Source: Actinomycetota bacterium (lineage in GTDB: Bacteria > Actinomycetota > Actinomycetes > Nanopelagicales > Nanopelagicaceae). Taken from it: a stretch of 64,000 nt of DNA. The translations under genes and the position numbers were made by a program. The notes under the pieces were generated by a model. The model worked only from the letters and a program-made list of their open reading frames with translations, was not told the origin of the DNA and ran no database searches. This document shows, piece after piece, positions 40,899 to 49,812 of this stretch (positions within the stretch are counted from its first letter, which is position 1; every line of letters starts with the position of its first letter). The DNA is taken from assembly GCA_947449535.1 (NCBI GenBank), contig CANFRP010000006.1, positions 1,052 through 65,051 on the forward strand, read 5' to 3'.

Positions 40899-41914
40899 TA
40901 TCGAACGCTCTCAATCTGATCATGAGTGAGATGACATCTTGTTAAATGATTATCAGCAAAATTGGAGAGCTCGGGGTTCTTAGTAGTACAAAGATTGTTC
41001 GGTACCAGTTCCTTGTAGGGACAGCGAGGAGCAAAAGCGCAGCCCATTGGCAAATTAATAAGTGATGGTGGTTGGCCAGGAATAGTTTGAAGTCGATGGG
41101 TATCGATCTGATCAACTCGTGGAATCGAACGTAAAAGTCCCAGTGTGTAGGGATGTGCTGGCTTGTAATAGAGATCGCGCACAGGGGCTTCTTCCACATT
41201 CTTGCCGGCATACATTACGTTAACTCGATCAGCGAATTCAGCGACAACACCAAGATCATGAGTGATCAAAATGATTGCCATATTAAATTCTTTCTGCATG
41301 TCACGAAGTAACTTCAAAATTTGAGCTTGAACCGTGACATCAAGCGCCGTGGTTGGTTCATCGGCAATCAGGAGCGATGGATTATTTACAAGCGCCATCG
41401 CAATCATTACTCGCTGACGCATTCCGCCAGAGAATTGATGGGGAAAGTCATGCACGCGCTCGACTGGTAATGGAATCCCAACTAGCTCCAACATTTCAAT
41501 TGCCCGCTTAAGCCCATCGGATTTATTGCCTTTGTTGTGCAATAACCAAGCTTCGGCGATCTGAGCTCCCACTGAAAAATAAGGATGGAGCGAGGACATG
41601 GGATCCTGGAAAATCATCGCCATCTCTTTGCCACGAAGATCTCGCACTGTGTCTTCGCTAGAACTTAATAGTTCAAGCGAGCCAGTAGGCAAATTGAGAA
41701 TCACTTCGCCGGAGATATTTGTTCGGGCCCGATTATGTAAACCCATAATCGCCAAACTTGATACTGATTTACCCGATCCAGATTCACCAACAATCGCTAA
41801 AGTCTCACCACGCGCTAATGAAAAGGTCAGGTCGGAAGTCGCTGCAACTAAACCGTCTTCAGTCGGGAAAGATACATTTAGCTTCTTAACTTCTAAGTAA
41901 TTGTGCGCGCTCAT
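40898..41914 (-). CDS. Peptide ABC transporter ATP-binding protein (OppD/DppD-like)
   Basis: 'GESGSGKS','FSGGMRQR','LLIADEPTTALD'. Confidence 0.9.
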   Translation of the reverse strand: MSAHNYLEVKKLNVSFPTEDGLVAATSDLTFSLARGETLAIVGESGSGKSVSSLAIMGLHNRARTNISGEVILNLPTGSLELLSSSEDTVRDLRGKEMAMIFQDPMSSLHPYFSVGAQIAEAWLLHNKGNKSDGLKRAIEMLELVGIPLPVERVHDFPHQFSGGMRQRVMIAMALVNNPSLLIADEPTTALDVTVQAQILKLLRDMQKEFNMAIILITHDLGVVAEFADRVNVMYAGKNVEEAPVRDLYYKPAHPYTLGLLRSIPRVDQIDTHRLQTIPGQPPSLINLPMGCAFAPRCPYKELVPNNLCTTKNPELSNFADNHLTRCHLTHDQIESVR

Positions 41915-42916
41915 CTACTTGACCCTAATTCTTGGATCCAAGAAAGCGTAAGCAAGATCAACTATGAGATTGGCAACCACTACAAATGTCGCAGCCAAAA
42001 TTGTGGTGGAGACAATGATCGGCAAGTCATAATCTTGAAGAGCGGCTTGGAGCGTCAGTCGGCCAAGTCCTGGCAGTTGAAATATTTGCTCAGTAATAAT
42101 TGCTCCACCAAGCAGTCCGGCAAAATCTAATCCAGCGATAGTAAGAATTGGTGCGAGTGCTGGACGAAGCGTGTGCTTCCACAATACTTTCCGCTCACTT
42201 ACTCCCTTTGCGCGTGCGGTGCGAATGAAATCTTCCGAAGAAGTTTCGATGACATTAGATCGGGTGAATCGCGTGTAGGTCGCTGCGTAAATAAGGGCGA
42301 GTGATAACCAAGGCCAAAAGAATGAGGTAAACCATTCCCATGGCGCTGTAAGTGGTGAATGCCATTGACCGAGATCTAGCGGGCTAATTAAATTAAATTT
42401 GAGAACGATGAAGAGCAAAATGAGAAGGCCAGAGATAAATGTAGGGAGAGATGTTCCTACTAATACAAAAATATTGCTGGCACGATCGATCCACGTATTT
42501 CTAAAGCGAGCGGAGATCACTCCCAGCCCCACGCCCAAAAACATCCACATTATGAAGGCGCCGATTGCCAAACTTACTGTTACTGGAAGGGCGCTTGCCA
42601 AGATGGTTGAGACACAGGCATGTTGATTAAAGGAGTATCCAAATGCTGGCGCCGGACAGGTAAACATTGCTGCGCCTTGCCCATAAGTGCGGCCGACGAA
42701 AATTCCTTTGAGGTATTCCCACCATTGCATCCACCACGAGACATCGAGTCCCAGGCGATGGCGATTTCCGGAAACTATTTCGGGCGTGCAATGTTTTCCG
42801 CAAGCAAGTCGGGCAGGATCAAAAGGAAGGTAATTAAAGATGATGAAGACGGTTGCGCTTATAACTATCAAAATGATGAGCGATGATAGTAAGCGGCGAC
42901 TAACGAACTTCAACAT
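41915..42916 (-). CDS. Peptide ABC transporter permease (OppB/DppB-like)
   Basis: 333 aa with an EAA-loop region 'DFIRTARAKGVSERKVLWKH'. Confidence 0.9.
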   Translation of the reverse strand: MLKFVSRRLLSSLIILIVISATVFIIFNYLPFDPARLACGKHCTPEIVSGNRHRLGLDVSWWMQWWEYLKGIFVGRTYGQGAAMFTCPAPAFGYSFNQHACVSTILASALPVTVSLAIGAFIMWMFLGVGLGVISARFRNTWIDRASNIFVLVGTSLPTFISGLLILLFIVLKFNLISPLDLGQWHSPLTAPWEWFTSFFWPWLSLALIYAATYTRFTRSNVIETSSEDFIRTARAKGVSERKVLWKHTLRPALAPILTIAGLDFAGLLGGAIITEQIFQLPGLGRLTLQAALQDYDLPIIVSTTILAATFVVVANLIVDLAYAFLDPRIRVK

Positions 42917-42941
42917 GGAAGTACTTGCTCCTTAAATATGT

Positions 42942-42974
42942 AGTTCCCAAGAAGAGAATCTCCTCTTGGGAACT
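42942..42974 (-). terminator. Strong intercistronic stem-loop after the peptide SBP gene
   Basis: agttcccaaga/tcttgggaact is an 11-bp perfect stem, extendable by 3 bp past one mismatch. An AU-rich stretch follows. It lies 25 nt upstream of the permease start. Confidence 0.45.
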
Positions 42975-43008
42975 ATCTCATACTTCAATTACTTACAGAG
43001 TTACTTAA

Positions 43009-44775
43009 TTACTTCTTTACATAAAGCGCAGGGAATAAGAATGTTCCCTGAGGTGCCCAGAAGTCCACGCCGCCAACGCCGCTACCCCATGAGAGTTGCT
43101 GCTTGGTGAAGGAGACAGGTCCGAGCCAGTATTGCGCCATTGCATACTCTGCAGCTTGTTGCCATAGCTTGGCTTGAGCTTTGCGATCCAAAGTTGCATT
43201 CGCCTTATCGGAGAGCGCCTTGAATGCTGGATATGCCGGATCATCCCAGTTCTGAGAGAGGTCGAATCCACCATCTTTAATAAAGAGTGGTGGGATAACT
43301 GTTGAAGCATTTGCCCAGTCTGGACCCCAGCCTGCTCCTGACATATCACCTTGCTTGGTGTTGTCTTGGATGGTGCTGTAGTAAGAGCCGGTTGGAATGT
43401 AGTTGTACTTAATTACGATTCCAGCTGCTTCCATAGCAGGTGTAACAATTGCTGCAGATTTCTTTGCAGCAGCGGTATCGCTTGTATCAATTGTTATACC
43501 TTGATCAGCAGAAGTTGCCTTTGCATAAGTTGTAGGGCATTTTGACTTTGCCGCTGCGAGAAGAGTCTTTGAGTATGCAGGATTTCCAGCAGACTTAAAG
43601 TTCTTGTCGTTGATGTGGCTAGTGGTCTTTGCATAATCGATACCGATATTTGGCTTGATCGCATTATCACCAGGTGTGCCGTAAAGCTTTGCGCCACCGT
43701 TGAGCTTGATAAGTGCGTCATAAGGCCAAGCAAAGTAGATCGCCTTACGTACTTCAAGACAGTCAAGGTGTCCCTTAGAAACGTTCATCGCTGAATAAAC
43801 AGTGTATGGATCATTCACATTGAGACCACGAGTCTTAGATGCCGGTGAGTTAAAGAACGAAATATTGTTCTGAAGCTGGAGCGCATCGAAGTTGATCGCA
43901 TTCTTCTGGGTGTCCTTCAAGAAGATTTGATCACGAACATCTTCCGAAACGCCAAACTTCAAGATGACCTTATCTGGATAGTTTGTGCGCACTGAATCTG
44001 TCTTCGCGCTCCAATTTGGGTTGCGAACGAGATCCATCTCGCCCTTAATCTTGTATGACGCTACTTTGTATGGACCTTCTGACAATGGTGCGAGATCCAT
44101 CTTGTCGCCAGTGTCCTTAGCTGCAGGAACTGGTGAAGAGATTGGGTAGCTCATTGCATAGTTAAAGTCAGGCTTCGCTACACCAAGCTTGAAAGTGATG
44201 GTGCGGTTATCGGCAGAGCAAGAAACTGCTTTATCGAAATCTGCTTGTCCGACCTTTGTGTATGGACCAGCGTAAGCAGAGTTGCCCTTGGCATCGGTTG
44301 GGATATCCAAGTACTGCATGGCATAACTTGGGCCGCCAGTAATTACATCTGTAGCGAAGGTACGCGAAATTGCATATTTCACATCTTCGCAAACAATCGC
44401 TGAGCCGTCGGAATATTTAGTTCCTGCCTTGAGAGTGAACTTCCAAGTCTTTCCACCATCGGAAGCTTTGCCGATATCGGTAGCAAGATCTGGAACTAGC
44501 CCGGTACCAGCTGTGCCAGCTACAGGCTTATACATAACCAAGGTACGGAATACATACGATTCCATAAATGCAATATCGCGACCAGTATAAATACGCTGCG
44601 GATCGGCGTGATCTAGTTGATCTTGATGAGTAATGACGTAAAGAGTTCCGCCTTTAACAGGTGCGGCTGATGCGCTCTGTGCGCCAGCAGTAAGGGAAAG
44701 AGTTGCAACAACTGCGGCAGCACTGACTGCGGCAATTGCTTTCTTCCCTGTCTGCATCTTCCATAGCTTGACCAT
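43009..44775 (-). CDS. Peptide/nickel-family (family 5) ABC substrate-binding protein
   Basis: 588 aa with a signal peptide and the SBP_bac_5 look. AAG-biased Lys codons. Confidence 0.88.
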   Translation of the reverse strand: MVKLWKMQTGKKAIAAVSAAAVVATLSLTAGAQSASAAPVKGGTLYVITHQDQLDHADPQRIYTGRDIAFMESYVFRTLVMYKPVAGTAGTGLVPDLATDIGKASDGGKTWKFTLKAGTKYSDGSAIVCEDVKYAISRTFATDVITGGPSYAMQYLDIPTDAKGNSAYAGPYTKVGQADFDKAVSCSADNRTITFKLGVAKPDFNYAMSYPISSPVPAAKDTGDKMDLAPLSEGPYKVASYKIKGEMDLVRNPNWSAKTDSVRTNYPDKVILKFGVSEDVRDQIFLKDTQKNAINFDALQLQNNISFFNSPASKTRGLNVNDPYTVYSAMNVSKGHLDCLEVRKAIYFAWPYDALIKLNGGAKLYGTPGDNAIKPNIGIDYAKTTSHINDKNFKSAGNPAYSKTLLAAAKSKCPTTYAKATSADQGITIDTSDTAAAKKSAAIVTPAMEAAGIVIKYNYIPTGSYYSTIQDNTKQGDMSGAGWGPDWANASTVIPPLFIKDGGFDLSQNWDDPAYPAFKALSDKANATLDRKAQAKLWQQAAEYAMAQYWLGPVSFTKQQLSWGSGVGGVDFWAPQGTFLFPALYVKK

Positions 44776-44867
44776 GATGCTCCTTAGAATTCTTTATCCC
44801 AGGTGGGATGTAATTGCGATGATCCTACTCACGGGTAAAGGAAGTTGCTAGGAAAATGTGAGGTGAT

Positions 44868-45824
44868 TTATGCGCGATCACTCTTCGGATCAAGGGCATC
44901 GCGTAGTCCATCTCCAAATAAATTGAGTGAAAGAACGACGATGATCAGCATGCCTGAGGGGATTAACAGGTAGGCCGGGTCCTGCTGCCAATAACTCACC
45001 GCATCTGAAAGAACTAGACCCCAGGTGGATGAGGGTGCTTGAACGCCGACGCCTAAGAATGAGAAGACCGCTTCCGCCGCTAAGAAGCCGGGGAGTGAGA
45101 GCGAGAGAAAGACAATGGCGGTAGGCCAGAGATTAGGAAGTATCTCTTTAAAAATAATTCGTCGGCCTGATGCACCTTGAGCTTTTGCAGCCATAATGAA
45201 GTCTCGCTCACGAATGCTTAGTGTTTGCGAACGAACTAATCTGGCAAATGCCGGCCAACCAAAAATTACGAAGAAGACAACTAATACAACAACTCGTGCG
45301 CCATTATCGCGAGCGATATGTGCGGCTTCTACTCTTTGCGTAAGTGGAAGGCTAAGAGCGATAATCATAAATGTGGATGGAAAAGAGAGAACTAAATCGG
45401 AGAATCGACCAATAACTGCATCCACCCGGCCGCCAAAATAACCACCCGCTATTCCAACAATCATTCCAAGGCCAATGGAAGCCACGCTGGTGATAATTGC
45501 AACGGTAAATGAAATTCGAGATCCATAAAGAAGTAGTGACATCAAATCTCGACCAACACCTGGCTCAAGACCGAGTGGATGCCTGAGACTAAGTCCACCG
45601 AAGCTTCCGATGGGAATTCCGGTATCAGCAATACCAGATGAATATTGAGCTGTAGGAGTGAGGTTGAGTAGATTGGTAATAAATGGTGCCAAGAATGCCG
45701 CCAGAATAAAGAAGAGGGCGATAAAGCCTGAGACCATGGCGACTTTATTCTTCTTCAATCTGGTCCAAGCAATTTGAGCTGGAGTTCTTACCTTTACTCC
45801 AGGTTCAATTTCTGTGACCGACAT
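44868..45824 (-). CDS. Peptide ABC transporter permease (OppC/DppC-like)
   Basis: 318 aa with the EAA loop 'DFIMAAKAQGASGRRIIFKE'. Confidence 0.9.
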   Translation of the reverse strand: MSVTEIEPGVKVRTPAQIAWTRLKKNKVAMVSGFIALFFILAAFLAPFITNLLNLTPTAQYSSGIADTGIPIGSFGGLSLRHPLGLEPGVGRDLMSLLLYGSRISFTVAIITSVASIGLGMIVGIAGGYFGGRVDAVIGRFSDLVLSFPSTFMIIALSLPLTQRVEAAHIARDNGARVVVLVVFFVIFGWPAFARLVRSQTLSIRERDFIMAAKAQGASGRRIIFKEILPNLWPTAIVFLSLSLPGFLAAEAVFSFLGVGVQAPSSTWGLVLSDAVSYWQQDPAYLLIPSGMLIIVVLSLNLFGDGLRDALDPKSDRA

Positions 45825-45833
45825 GTGAAAACC

Positions 45834-46343
45834 TTACCTCGAATTGAACACTACGGTAGGGATGCAAGAAGCATTAAGAGGTCTCTTCGGAGATGATGGG
45901 GGAATCTTTTGAGTACCAGACTTCTGAAGATTAATAACGAACTCTGCCTGGTCGAGGTACGCGGTAGGCAGGGTTGTTGAAAACTTGACTGGCGTGCTCG
46001 TCGCGTTGATATTCGCCGGAAAGACTTTGGCAAAATAGGTAGTTCCTTTGTAGTAGACACTAAGACCTAGCTGAGAATATTCACCCTTCATATTGCTGAA
46101 GTGAAAAGATGAGAAAGTTAGCGTCGTATTTTTTCCTTTGACCGAAGACTTTGCTTTATCAATGAGCAAATTCCCAATAAATGAATCTGCCCAGGAAGGT
46201 TGCAAAATCGGATCAGGCTGGTAGCAAGTCCAGTCAGTTACTTTGAGCCCGCCCGATGAATAACTTGCCACTGCGCTCTGCGCTTGAAAAATTGCGCCTA
46301 GCAGAACTAAACAGAATGCAATGCCGAATCGTAATTGCTTCAT
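45834..46343 (-). CDS. Hypothetical exported protein (169 aa), first gene of the peptide ABC operon
   Basis: Signal peptide 'LLGAIFQAQSAVA'. Beta-rich, with 2 Cys. 9 nt upstream of the permease gene. No family recognised. Confidence 0.55.
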   Translation of the reverse strand: MKQLRFGIAFCLVLLGAIFQAQSAVASYSSGGLKVTDWTCYQPDPILQPSWADSFIGNLLIDKAKSSVKGKNTTLTFSSFHFSNMKGEYSQLGLSVYYKGTTYFAKVFPANINATSTPVKFSTTLPTAYLDQAEFVINLQKSGTQKIPPSSPKRPLNASCIPTVVFNSR

Positions 46344-46420
46344 TCATATAGCCTTCACTAAAGAGCAAGGCTTGTCCAGAAATCAGAGGATTTGATTTTT
46401 CGCGCCACTCAGAATGTGAG

Positions 46421-46493
46421 TGTCCTAGGCGGGAGTTGAACCTGCGACCTACCGCTTAGGAGGCGGTTGCTCTATCCACTGAGCTACTAGGAC
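46421..46493 (-). tRNA. tRNA-Arg (anticodon CCU), CCA not encoded
   Basis: Hand-folded cloverleaf. Acceptor GTCCTAG/CTAGGAC. D arm GCTC-AGTGGATA-GAGC. Anticodon arm ACCGC-CTCCTAA-GCGGT. T arm GCAGG-TTCAACT-CCCGC with one A-C mismatch. 73 nt. Confidence 0.85.
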
Positions 46494-46596
46494 TTAGACA
46501 TTTACTTTTCCTAGTTTAACGATCATTGAAGGTACATATGACCTTGGGTTAGACTCAAAATACGCAATAAATAACTTAATTGGAGTTGGTTTATAT

Positions 46597-47796
46597 ATGA
46601 AGGCCCTAGTTATAGGCGCCGGTGGAGTCGGAAGCGCGATTGCAAATATTGCATCCCGCCGCTCATTTATTACCTCAATGGTTCTTGCAGATCGCGATAG
46701 CGCTCGTGCCGAGAAATCCGTTGCTCGTTTAAATGATTCTCGCTTTACGGCTTCGACCGTTAATGCGTCGGATACCTCTGATATTCAAAGGCTTATCCGT
46801 GAGGTTGGCCCGGATGTCGTCATCAACGCTGTTGATCCACGCTTTGTGATGCAGATATTTACTGCTTGCGAAAATGAAGGCGTTAATTACATTGATATGG
46901 CGATGTCACTGAGTACATCGCAGATCAAACTTGGTGATCTCCAATTTGAACGCGACGATGCTTGGAAAGCAAAAGGTATTGGCGCGCTCGTTGGTATCGG
47001 AATCGAACCAGGCATGAGCGATATTTTCGCTAAGTACGCCAGCGATCATCTCTTCTCGCGAATTGATTCGATTGCAGTAATGGATGGCTCAAATCTCGTT
47101 GTCGAAGGTTATGACTTTGCGCCATCGTTCTCGATCTGGACAACAATTGAAGAGTGTCTCAATCCCCCAGTCATCTGGGAGAAAGGTCGAGGTTGGTACA
47201 CCACTGAGCCATTCTCCGAGCTAGAGACCTTTGATTTCCCTGGTGGCATCGGACCAGTGGAGTGCGTGAATGTTGAGCACGAAGAAGTCATTCTTATTCC
47301 GATGAAGATTGATGCTGGTGAAGTCCGATTTAAATATGGACTTGGCGCAGATTTCATTAATACTTTGAAGACAATTCACACATTGGGATTAGATCGCAAA
47401 GATAAAGTCTCGGTTCAAGGCGTTGAAGTCTCTCCTCGCGATTTGCTTGCAGCGCTGCTCCCAGATCCCGCAACTCTCGGTCCACATATGAAGGGGTCTA
47501 CATGTGCAGGTGCACTTGTTAAAGGTCTCGATAAATCTGGAGCGCCAAAAGCTGTTTACATTTATAACGTGGTCGACAATGAATGGTCGATGCGTGAATA
47601 CGGGGATCAAGCAGTTGTTTGGCAGACCGGAATTAATCCCGTTATTGCCATGGAATTGATGCACAACGGAATCTGGAAGCCAGTCGGAGTGACTGGGCCG
47701 GAATGGTTTGATGCAGTTCCCTTCCTCGAACTCTTGCCGGAATACGACTCTTCATGGCATATTCGCGACGAGGCAACAACCGGAATTTCCAAGTAG
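46597..47796 (+). CDS. Saccharopine dehydrogenase-family NAD(P) oxidoreductase
   Basis: N-terminal Rossmann motif 'ALVIGAGGVGSAIA'. About 400 aa, the typical size for the Sacchrp_dh family. Substrate unknown. Confidence 0.65.
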   Translation: MKALVIGAGGVGSAIANIASRRSFITSMVLADRDSARAEKSVARLNDSRFTASTVNASDTSDIQRLIREVGPDVVINAVDPRFVMQIFTACENEGVNYIDMAMSLSTSQIKLGDLQFERDDAWKAKGIGALVGIGIEPGMSDIFAKYASDHLFSRIDSIAVMDGSNLVVEGYDFAPSFSIWTTIEECLNPPVIWEKGRGWYTTEPFSELETFDFPGGIGPVECVNVEHEEVILIPMKIDAGEVRFKYGLGADFINTLKTIHTLGLDRKDKVSVQGVEVSPRDLLAALLPDPATLGPHMKGSTCAGALVKGLDKSGAPKAVYIYNVVDNEWSMREYGDQAVVWQTGINPVIAMELMHNGIWKPVGVTGPEWFDAVPFLELLPEYDSSWHIRDEATTGISK

Positions 47797-48581
47797 TTAG
47801 CGAGAGAGAATTGGCTACAGCACTAATCACGGGAGCAACTGCAGGAATCGGTGAGTCCTTTGCTCGTCTCCTTGCATCCAAAGGTCACGACTTAATTCTT
47901 GTCGCGCGCGATCTCGAACGATTGAATCAACGAGCCGATAACTTTCGTGATCAGTACAAAGTTTCAGTCGAAGTTATTCAAGCCGATCTCTCCATTGCTA
48001 GCGAGCTTGCCCGAGTTGAATCTCGATTAGCTCAAGGTGGCGTCGATGTGCTCATTAATAACGCCGGCTTTGGCATTAACAAGAGCTTTTTAGTGAGTGC
48101 AATTGATGCTGAACAACAGCTTCTCGACGTTCTGGTCACTGCGCCAATGCGCCTCATGCACGCAGTGCTGCCCATCATGAAAGCGAAGAATGCGGGCACC
48201 ATCATTAATATTTCCAGCGTTGCTGGCTGGATTGCTGGCGGCACTTATAGCGCGGCCAAGTCATACCTCACCGTTCTTACCGAATCACTTCATACCGAAC
48301 TCTCTGCCACCAAAATAAATGTGCACGCACTTGCCCCTGGATTTACACGTACCGAATTCCACCAACGTGGTCGAATGAAAATGACTGGTCTTCCTAATTA
48401 CATGTGGCTTAATGCCGATCGAGTTGTGGCTGCGGCGTGGAAAGCATCACAAAAGGGTCGGGCAATCTCTGTGCCTGGATGGCAATATAAAATCCTCAGC
48501 ACAATCTCACGATTTGGTCCGCGTCCACTCGTGCGAAATATTGGCATGAACGTGCGGAAGAAGCAGCGCCAGCCTGAGTAA
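47754..48581 (+). CDS. Short-chain dehydrogenase/reductase (SDR)
   Basis: 'ALITGATAGIG','NNAG','YSAAK'. The true start is probably TTG 47811 rather than ATG 47754, which overlaps the upstream gene by 43 nt. Confidence 0.85.
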   Translation: MAYSRRGNNRNFQVVSERELATALITGATAGIGESFARLLASKGHDLILVARDLERLNQRADNFRDQYKVSVEVIQADLSIASELARVESRLAQGGVDVLINNAGFGINKSFLVSAIDAEQQLLDVLVTAPMRLMHAVLPIMKAKNAGTIINISSVAGWIAGGTYSAAKSYLTVLTESLHTELSATKINVHALAPGFTRTEFHQRGRMKMTGLPNYMWLNADRVVAAAWKASQKGRAISVPGWQYKILSTISRFGPRPLVRNIGMNVRKKQRQPE

Positions 48582-48694
48582 TTCACTTTTCTCACCCGAT
48601 CGTTACCTAAATCAACCCAAACTTTTCTTCACCCTCCTTTAGACTGAGGCCAATTCCTAAGGTTCATCAGAGCTTTAATATTTCGGAGGTCACC

Positions 48695-49315
48695 GTGATC
48701 AAGAAGTTTTCATCAATCGCCCTTGCTGGCGCACTCACCGTTGCAGCTCTCGTTGGGGTATCCGCTCCAGCACAAGCCGCTGCAAAGGCGAATGCTGCAT
48801 GTGCAACTCCTGGCGCAAAGACAACGATCAGTAAAATTTCCTACGTATGTGGTCAGAACCCACTCGTAACTGCCAAGAAGAATATCTGGCTATCACCATC
48901 ATGCGTAAGCGCCAATAAGAGTTACGCAGCAGCAATTAAGCAGCGAGATGGACTAACAACATCATTTAACAATGCGATTACTAAGATCAACGAAGCGATC
49001 ACCGTAAACACAACAGATGCTGCGCAGTGGCAGACAAAGATTGACAAGTACACCGCGACAATCAATTCCTACCTTGCGACACATCCAAATGTTGCGACAA
49101 CCGGTACCGCAAATGATAAGAAATCACTCGAAACATTGAAGAGCGCAGTTGCTGCTTTGACTTCACAGGTGGCTCGCGTCAACAGCCGAGTTACCTCGCT
49201 CAAGTCACAGCTTCAATCAACGCAAGATTCACAAGGTGCGTTGATTCAATCTGCAGCAGACAATGTTGCAACTCTCAAGAGCCAACTTTCAACAATCTGT
49301 AAGTCAGGCCTCTAG
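48695..49315 (+). CDS. Hypothetical secreted protein (4 Cys, coiled-coil-like C-terminal half)
   Basis: Signal peptide 'GVSAPAQAAA'. GTG start with a GGAGG SD. Heptad-like 'LKSAVAALTSQVARVNSRVTSLKSQLQ'. Confidence 0.55.
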   Translation: MIKKFSSIALAGALTVAALVGVSAPAQAAAKANAACATPGAKTTISKISYVCGQNPLVTAKKNIWLSPSCVSANKSYAAAIKQRDGLTTSFNNAITKINEAITVNTTDAAQWQTKIDKYTATINSYLATHPNVATTGTANDKKSLETLKSAVAALTSQVARVNSRVTSLKSQLQSTQDSQGALIQSAADNVATLKSQLSTICKSGL

Positions 49316-49343
49316 TACCAAATTAGTAAGAGTAAATACCCTC

Positions 49344-49778
49344 TTACCCAATCGTTGCCTTCGTGGCGGTTGCGGTAAGGGGGTATTTTTGTAATGGAGC
49401 TTGTGCTGGACCATTGATTACCGCACCGGTGAGTGCAAACTTAGAACCGTGAGCTGGGCATACCCAAGCAGATCCGCTCATCTGAACCGGAACGCCTTGA
49501 TGCGTGCAGGAAAGATTGAGTGCAACTAATCCTTTTGTACCCGCAGCTTTGCGCAGGAGCGCAATACTCGAACCATCTTGAAGTGGAATAGTGATGACTC
49601 CGCCAACTTTTGCTAGTGACTTATTAAGCGTTAGATCAACCACAATTTTCCCAGCTTTATTTTGAGTAATACCAGTAGCGGCTACTGCAGCATCAGGGAG
49701 AAAACCCATTGCGATAAGCGCAGCCCCACACAGAACTCCTCGGCGATTCACGTTTGTCTCACGTTTTTGCTTCTCCAT
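49344..49778 (-). CDS. TAT-exported Rieske [2Fe-2S] domain protein
   Basis: Twin-arginine motif 'NRRGVLCGAAL'. Rieske boxes 'CTHQG' and 'CPAHGSKF'. Confidence 0.85.
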   Translation of the reverse strand: MEKQKRETNVNRRGVLCGAALIAMGFLPDAAVAATGITQNKAGKIVVDLTLNKSLAKVGGVITIPLQDGSSIALLRKAAGTKGLVALNLSCTHQGVPVQMSGSAWVCPAHGSKFALTGAVINGPAQAPLQKYPLTATATKATIG

Positions 49779-49812
49779 ATAGGAACTCCCTTTAGATAGT
49801 TACTCTCGACAG

